A stretch of DNA of 64,000 nt from Planctomycetota bacterium. GTDB taxonomy: Bacteria; Planctomycetota; UBA1135; JACQFD01. Positions 59,007-64,000 of this stretch are shown one piece after another; within the stretch, counting starts at the first letter, position 1; every line of letters begins with the position of its first letter. The notes below the pieces were generated by a model. It was not told the DNA's origin and did no database searches. It was given only the letters and a program-made list of their open reading frames with translations. The stretch is from positions 16,433 to 80,432 of the forward strand of contig JACQFD010000008.1 in assembly GCA_016200225.1 (NCBI GenBank), in the 5' to 3' direction. Both the position numbers and the translations under genes were made by a program.

Positions 59007-61244
59007 ATGCGTGAATTCACCGTTTTCGCAGGCGTTTGCCTTGCGCTTGCCACGTCCGCGGCGCCGTTTGCCGCCGCACAGGAAAATCAAACGCCGCCCG
59101 CGGCCGCCAACCGGCCGCGCGGGTTCACGGCCAAATCCGCTCAGACCGAGATCGCGGCCGAGTCGCGGTTCTTGGAAATTCCGTCGGCCGCCGAGTGCAG
59201 ACACTTCTTGAATATATTAACCGAAGACCCGCATCCGGCGGGCTCGGACGCGAACAAAGTGCTCGCGGAATTCGTGAAAGCGCGATTCTTACAATACGGT
59301 TTCGAGGCCGAACTGGTTCCTTACGAAGTATTGTTAAATGCGCCCGACCCTAAGAAAAAAATCGAACTCACGCTGCTCGAACCCGAAAAGTATGAAGCGA
59401 AACTCGCGGAAGCGGGCGTTCCGTGGGACAAGGATTCATACACATCGGCGGCGCTCGGCCATTTTAACGGATATTCGCCGGGCGGCGATGTCACCGCCGA
59501 CGTCGTTTATGCCAATTACGGCCTGCCCGAGGATTATGATAAACTCGAGGCGCTCGGCATCGACATCCGCGGAAAAATTGTTATTGTTCGATATGGTAAT
59601 TGTTTCCGCGGCGTGAAAGTCCGCGAAGCCGAGCTGCGCCGCGCGGCCGCCGTGATTATTTATAGCGACCCCTTCGACGACGGATTCGCGAAGGGCGACG
59701 TCGTTCCGCGCGGACCGTGGCGTCCCGAAACCGCCATCCAGCGCGGATCGGTCGGTTATATGTTCATGCAGCCGGGCGACCCGCTCACGCCGGGTTGGGC
59801 TTCGTCGAAGGGCGCGCGCCGCATCGATCAGGAGGCTGTCACCGGCGCCGCGACCAACGGAGGCGTGATTCCAGGGATTCCCAGTATTCCGATTTCCTAC
59901 GCCGACGCGACGCCGATTCTTAAGAATCTCGCGGGACCGAACGTCCCCGAGGGATGGCAGGGAAGTTTACCGTTCGCGTACCACGTCGGGCCGGGACCGT
60001 CGCGCGTACACTTAAAAATGGATATAATTTGGGAAAATAAGTTAATTTACAATGTCATCGCGAAGTGGAAGGGCACGGAGCGCCCCGACGAGTGGGTCGT
60101 GCTGGGAAATCACCGCGACGCGTGGGTGCACGGCGCCGTCGATCCCAATTCGGGCACCGCGTCGATGCTCGAATGCGCGCGCGCTTTAGGTAAATTAAAG
60201 GAAGCGGGATTGAAACCGAAGCGCACGATAATATTAGCTTCGTGGGACGCGGAGGAATACGGCCTCGTCGGCTCGACGGAGTGGTGCGAGGAGATCCGCG
60301 ACGCGTTGGAAAAGAAAACCATGAGCATCGTCGCTTATATCAATTGCGACGCGGGCGTCGCGGGGCCGAAGTTTCACGCGGGCGGCGCGCCGTCGCTCTC
60401 GCGATTCGTGCGCGAGTGCGCCGGAGCGGTCGAGGATCCGCGCGAACGCCGGTCGATTCTCGAAGTCTGGAGCGAACAACGTAAAACTAAGAATCCGACC
60501 GCCGAATCTTATTCCGGCAACGACGGCGAACTCCCGCGCGTCGGCGATCTCGGCTCCGGCTCGGATTATACTGCTTTTCAACATCATCTCGGCATTCCTT
60601 CGATCGACGTCGGATTCGACGGCCCCTACGGAGTTTACCATTCCGTCCTCGACGATTTTTTCTGGATGGAACATTTCGGCGATCCCGATTTCACGAGCCA
60701 CCGCGCGCTCGCGCGCTACCTCGGAATCCTATTATTAAGATCGTCGAATTGTGATTTACTGCCAATCCACGCCGAGGCGCAGGCCACAGCGTTTACGGGA
60801 TTCTTAAACGATTTCGCGAAACAAAACGCCGCGATATTTCCCGCGAACTCCGACAAAGCGAAGGCGCTCGACGAGGCGAAGGCGGCCGCCGCGCGCGTGG
60901 GCGCCGTCGCGCGCACGCTCGAGGGCGAAGGCGAGCGGGCGCTCGAGGCCGCCGACGACAAGGGCCTCGAATCGACGAACGCACGATTATTAAGATTCGA
61001 GCGCGAATTGTTATCGAAGGACGGACTGCGCGGGCGCCCGTTTTATAAACATCTCTATTCGGCGCCGGGCGTGCACGCGGGCTACGCCGCGTCGACGCTG
61101 CCGGGACTCCGCGAGGCCATCGCGGAGGGACCGACCGACGACCGCCGGATCATCGCGGAATTGAAGCGAATTTCGGAAGCGCTCACGGGCGCGGCCGACA
61201 CGCTCGAAGGCAAGAAGGCGCCCGCGCCGCCGGCCAATAAGTAA
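59007..61244 (+). CDS. M28 family metallopeptidase (glutamate carboxypeptidase II/NAALADase-like, PA plus TfR dimerisation domains)
   Basis: Signal peptide; PHPAGS, YANYG, GNHRDAW, DPNSGT, WDAEEYG, GSGSDY, YHS. Confidence 0.95.
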   Translation: MREFTVFAGVCLALATSAAPFAAAQENQTPPAAANRPRGFTAKSAQTEIAAESRFLEIPSAAECRHFLNILTEDPHPAGSDANKVLAEFVKARFLQYGFEAELVPYEVLLNAPDPKKKIELTLLEPEKYEAKLAEAGVPWDKDSYTSAALGHFNGYSPGGDVTADVVYANYGLPEDYDKLEALGIDIRGKIVIVRYGNCFRGVKVREAELRRAAAVIIYSDPFDDGFAKGDVVPRGPWRPETAIQRGSVGYMFMQPGDPLTPGWASSKGARRIDQEAVTGAATNGGVIPGIPSIPISYADATPILKNLAGPNVPEGWQGSLPFAYHVGPGPSRVHLKMDIIWENKLIYNVIAKWKGTERPDEWVVLGNHRDAWVHGAVDPNSGTASMLECARALGKLKEAGLKPKRTIILASWDAEEYGLVGSTEWCEEIRDALEKKTMSIVAYINCDAGVAGPKFHAGGAPSLSRFVRECAGAVEDPRERRSILEVWSEQRKTKNPTAESYSGNDGELPRVGDLGSGSDYTAFQHHLGIPSIDVGFDGPYGVYHSVLDDFFWMEHFGDPDFTSHRALARYLGILLLRSSNCDLLPIHAEAQATAFTGFLNDFAKQNAAIFPANSDKAKALDEAKAAAARVGAVARTLEGEGERALEAADDKGLESTNARLLRFERELLSKDGLRGRPFYKHLYSAPGVHAGYAASTLPGLREAIAEGPTDDRRIIAELKRISEALTGAADTLEGKKAPAPPANK

Positions 61245-61292
61245 ACCGCGAACGAATAAATTTAACGATAAAGCGTCGAATCGTATCATTGC

Positions 61293-62381
61293 ATGGAAGC
61301 CAGGGCGCGAATTCCGATTGTTTATAAAATCGGTTTCGCGCTCATTCTTACCATTGCGCTCGCCGAACTCGCGCTGCGCGCGGTCGATTGGAAACAGGGG
61401 CGCGACGCGGACTTCTATTTTCCAAAACACGGAATGGAGGATTCGTATTATATCCCCCATCCGTACATGGGTTATGCGCTGAAACCCGGATTCACCGGAG
61501 GACTCACGGTCGGACATATTAATAATCTCGGCATGCGGGGCGCCGACATGGAGGTTCAAAAACCGATAGGCGTCGTGCGCGTGCTCTGCCTCGGCGGATC
61601 GACCACATACGGAACGCACGTCTCGTCGGAATATAATACATATCCGAAGCAGCTCGAAGTGGCGCTCGGCGAAACGGCGGCGCCGGGCGTTCGTTTTGAA
61701 GTCGGCAATTGCGGCGTGCCCGGTTACAATTCCATCGAAAATTTAATACAATTGGAATTGAAGCTTCTCGACTTGAAGCCCGAGGCGATCGTATTGTATG
61801 AAGGCGCGAACGACGCGCCCCCGATTCTCGCCGCCGGATTTCGCGCCGACTACGCGCACGTGCGCCAGAGCTGGCGATCTGTTGAAATTACGCGTTTTGA
61901 ACAATTCCTGCTGCGCTGGTCGCGCATTTTCGCGTGGGCGACGCGCGGAACCGCGCCCGAGGAACAGGAGAATTCGCTGAGCCATTATGTATTCGTTCCG
62001 GATTTCCGCGGATTTCACGTCCGCACGGATACTAAGATTCCTGACGAGGGCATCGCGGCTTTTTCGCGGAATATTCGCAATATGGTCGCGCTCGCGCGTA
62101 CGCGCTCGTGTACCCCGATTTTATGTACATTCGCGACGTGCCGTTCGAAACAGGCGCCCGGCGAGCACACGATGCTCGACACCATCGCGCGGCTCAACGA
62201 CGAGACGCGCGCGATCGCCGCGGAGACGCATTCGCCGCTCGTTGACGTCGCGGCGAACCTGAACGATAAGAGTGAGCTTTTTGCCGACTGGATGCACATG
62301 AACGACCTCGGCTCGCTGCGCCACGGACAACTCGTCGCCGCCGTCGCGCGGCCGGCGCTGCTCCCCGCCGGCGGAAAGTAG
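61293..62381 (+). CDS. Membrane-anchored SGNH/GDSL hydrolase
   Basis: N-terminal TM; LGGSTTYG (block I), NCGVPG, GAND, DWMHMN. Confidence 0.85.
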   Translation: MEARARIPIVYKIGFALILTIALAELALRAVDWKQGRDADFYFPKHGMEDSYYIPHPYMGYALKPGFTGGLTVGHINNLGMRGADMEVQKPIGVVRVLCLGGSTTYGTHVSSEYNTYPKQLEVALGETAAPGVRFEVGNCGVPGYNSIENLIQLELKLLDLKPEAIVLYEGANDAPPILAAGFRADYAHVRQSWRSVEITRFEQFLLRWSRIFAWATRGTAPEEQENSLSHYVFVPDFRGFHVRTDTKIPDEGIAAFSRNIRNMVALARTRSCTPILCTFATCRSKQAPGEHTMLDTIARLNDETRAIAAETHSPLVDVAANLNDKSELFADWMHMNDLGSLRHGQLVAAVARPALLPAGGK

Positions 62382-62424
62382 TATATTTAATAATACAGCC
62401 GTCGATTCATTTGTAATTCCGAAC

Positions 62425-64000
62425 ATGCGCATATTTAAACGATACGCCGCCTATCTATGGCGCGAGCGCGTGTGGCTGCTTTTCGGCACGCTTTGTTTAA
62501 TTCCGTCGTCGCTGCTCAATTTGATATTGCCGCTTTTGTTAAAAGAGCGCGTGATCGACAATCTCGGAAAAATTCCGGTCTCCGAGTTTTTGTTAGGCGC
62601 GCTCGGAATTTATCTCGCGCTCGCCGCCGGCAGAGGCGTACTCCGATTCGGTATGCGCTGGTTTTTGGTGACGTCGTCGCGCCGGATGGAGGCGAATCTT
62701 CGCAACGACTTTTTCCGCCATCTCGAATCGCTGTCGTTTCCGTATTTTAATAAAACAAAAACCGGCGATTTGATATCGCGCGCCACGCAGGACATCGAAG
62801 CGATTCGAATGTTTCTCGGACCCGGTTATATGTATATTGTCGACGCGCTCGTGCAAATTCCGATCGCGATTTTTGTATTGATCCGCGTGCAGCCCGTGCT
62901 GCTGCTCGGCATGGGCGCGTCGCTCGCGGTTCTCGCGATTTCGGTAAAGCAGCTCACGCCGAAGTTAAGTAAACACAGCGAACGCGTGCAGGCGTCGATC
63001 GGTAAATTAAGCGATAAAGCGAACGAACTTTTCGCGGGAACGCGCGTGATCAAGGCGTTCGCGCGCGAGGAAAATGCAAAAGAACAATTCGACGCCGTTT
63101 CGCTGGATTACAAAAGCCACAGCATGCGCCTCATTTCGGTCGGCGCGCTTTCCAACGTATTTTTCGCGGGCGCGAAGGATCTCACGCTCTTTACGTTATT
63201 CGCGATCGGAAGTGTATTATATATGTCCGGCCGCGTGAGCGTCGGCACACTTTATCTTTTTACCGATTACACCGCGCGGCTCTACTGGCCCGTTTTCGTG
63301 CTCGGCTGGATGGTGAGCATGTATCCGCGCGCACGCGCCGCGGCGATCCGCCTCAACGAAGTATTTGATACAAAACCCGAAATCGCCGACGGCCCGCTGC
63401 GCGATCTTCCGGAAGTGCGCGGCGCCGTCGAATTTCGTAATTTAACGTTCACTTACGACGAAAAACGCCCGCCGGTTCTAAAGGATCTTAGTTTTAGGAT
63501 CGAAGCGGGCCAGACGGTCGCCGTCGTCGGCCGCACGAGTTGCGGCAAGACCACGCTCGCGTCGCTGCTCGGGCGGTTTTTCGAAGTGGAGAAAGGCATG
63601 ATCTTTCTCGACGGAATTGATATTAACGATATGACGGCGCGGCGGCTCCGCGATGCGCTCGGTTACGTTCCCCAGGATCATTTCCTGTTCAGCGATACGA
63701 TCGTCGAGAATATCGCATTCAACGCCAACGCGATCGACGTCGAACGCGCAAAATGGGCGGCCAGGGCGGCATGTTTACAAACGGATTTGTCGACGTTTCC
63801 GAAAGGAATCGACACCGAAATCGGCGAACGCGGCGTGACGCTCTCCGGCGGCCAGCGCCAGCGCGTCTGCATTGCCCGCGCGCTTTATAAGAATCCGAAA
63901 ATACTCATTCTCGACGATTCGCTTTCCGCGGTCGACACGTCGACGGAGGACGCGCTCGTGCGGAATCTTAAAGATGCGTCGCGGACGCGCACGACCATAC
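62425..64000 (+). CDS. ABC exporter, fused permease/ATPase (MdlA-like), 3' end outside window
   Basis: Hand translation from ATG 62425: TM domain with LRNDFFRHL...TGDLISRATQD; Walker A GRTSCGKTT; LSGGQRQR; ILILDD. Confidence 0.93.
   Translation, partial: MRIFKRYAAYLWRERVWLLFGTLCLIPSSLLNLILPLLLKERVIDNLGKIPVSEFLLGALGIYLALAAGRGVLRFGMRWFLVTSSRRMEANLRNDFFRHLESLSFPYFNKTKTGDLISRATQDIEAIRMFLGPGYMYIVDALVQIPIAIFVLIRVQPVLLLGMGASLAVLAISVKQLTPKLSKHSERVQASIGKLSDKANELFAGTRVIKAFAREENAKEQFDAVSLDYKSHSMRLISVGALSNVFFAGAKDLTLFTLFAIGSVLYMSGRVSVGTLYLFTDYTARLYWPVFVLGWMVSMYPRARAAAIRLNEVFDTKPEIADGPLRDLPEVRGAVEFRNLTFTYDEKRPPVLKDLSFRIEAGQTVAVVGRTSCGKTTLASLLGRFFEVEKGMIFLDGIDINDMTARRLRDALGYVPQDHFLFSDTIVENIAFNANAIDVERAKWAARAACLQTDLSTFPKGIDTEIGERGVTLSGGQRQRVCIARALYKNPKILILDDSLSAVDTSTEDALVRNLKDASRTRTTI

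Overview
64 kb of GC-rich bacterial chromosome, most likely an uncultured Planctomycetota lineage. This is inferred from a TIGR02999-type ECF sigma plus Ser/Thr kinase pair, a membrane-tethered ECF sigma, a planctomycete-type RNA polymerase omega subunit, DUF1579 genes and many FG-GAP/carboxypeptidase-regulatory-like surface proteins. Housekeeping genes (korAB, aconitase-family hydratase, rpoZ, radical SAM, PLP decarboxylase, ClC, M28 peptidase, ABC exporter) alternate with accessory blocks of large secreted proteins. No rRNA, tRNA, CRISPR array, integrase or transposase was recognised. Main observations: (1) a selenoprotein missed by the ORF track (TlpA-like, W-U-G-P-C, with a SECIS-like hairpin; 40463-41500). 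(2) An ~11 kb cargo block between ~240 bp direct repeats that duplicate the 3' end of the aconitase gene plus a long hairpin and 21-22 nt tandem repeats. (3) A second array with the same geometry, where different beta-propeller cargo genes sit between DUF1579 pieces, one of them an exact recombinant of the other two. (4) A PLA2-like domain inside a 1702 aa surface protein. (5) A KAP NTPase plus lipase-like hydrolase pair. (6) REP-like and MITE-like small repeats. All family calls come from motif recognition by eye; no database search was run.
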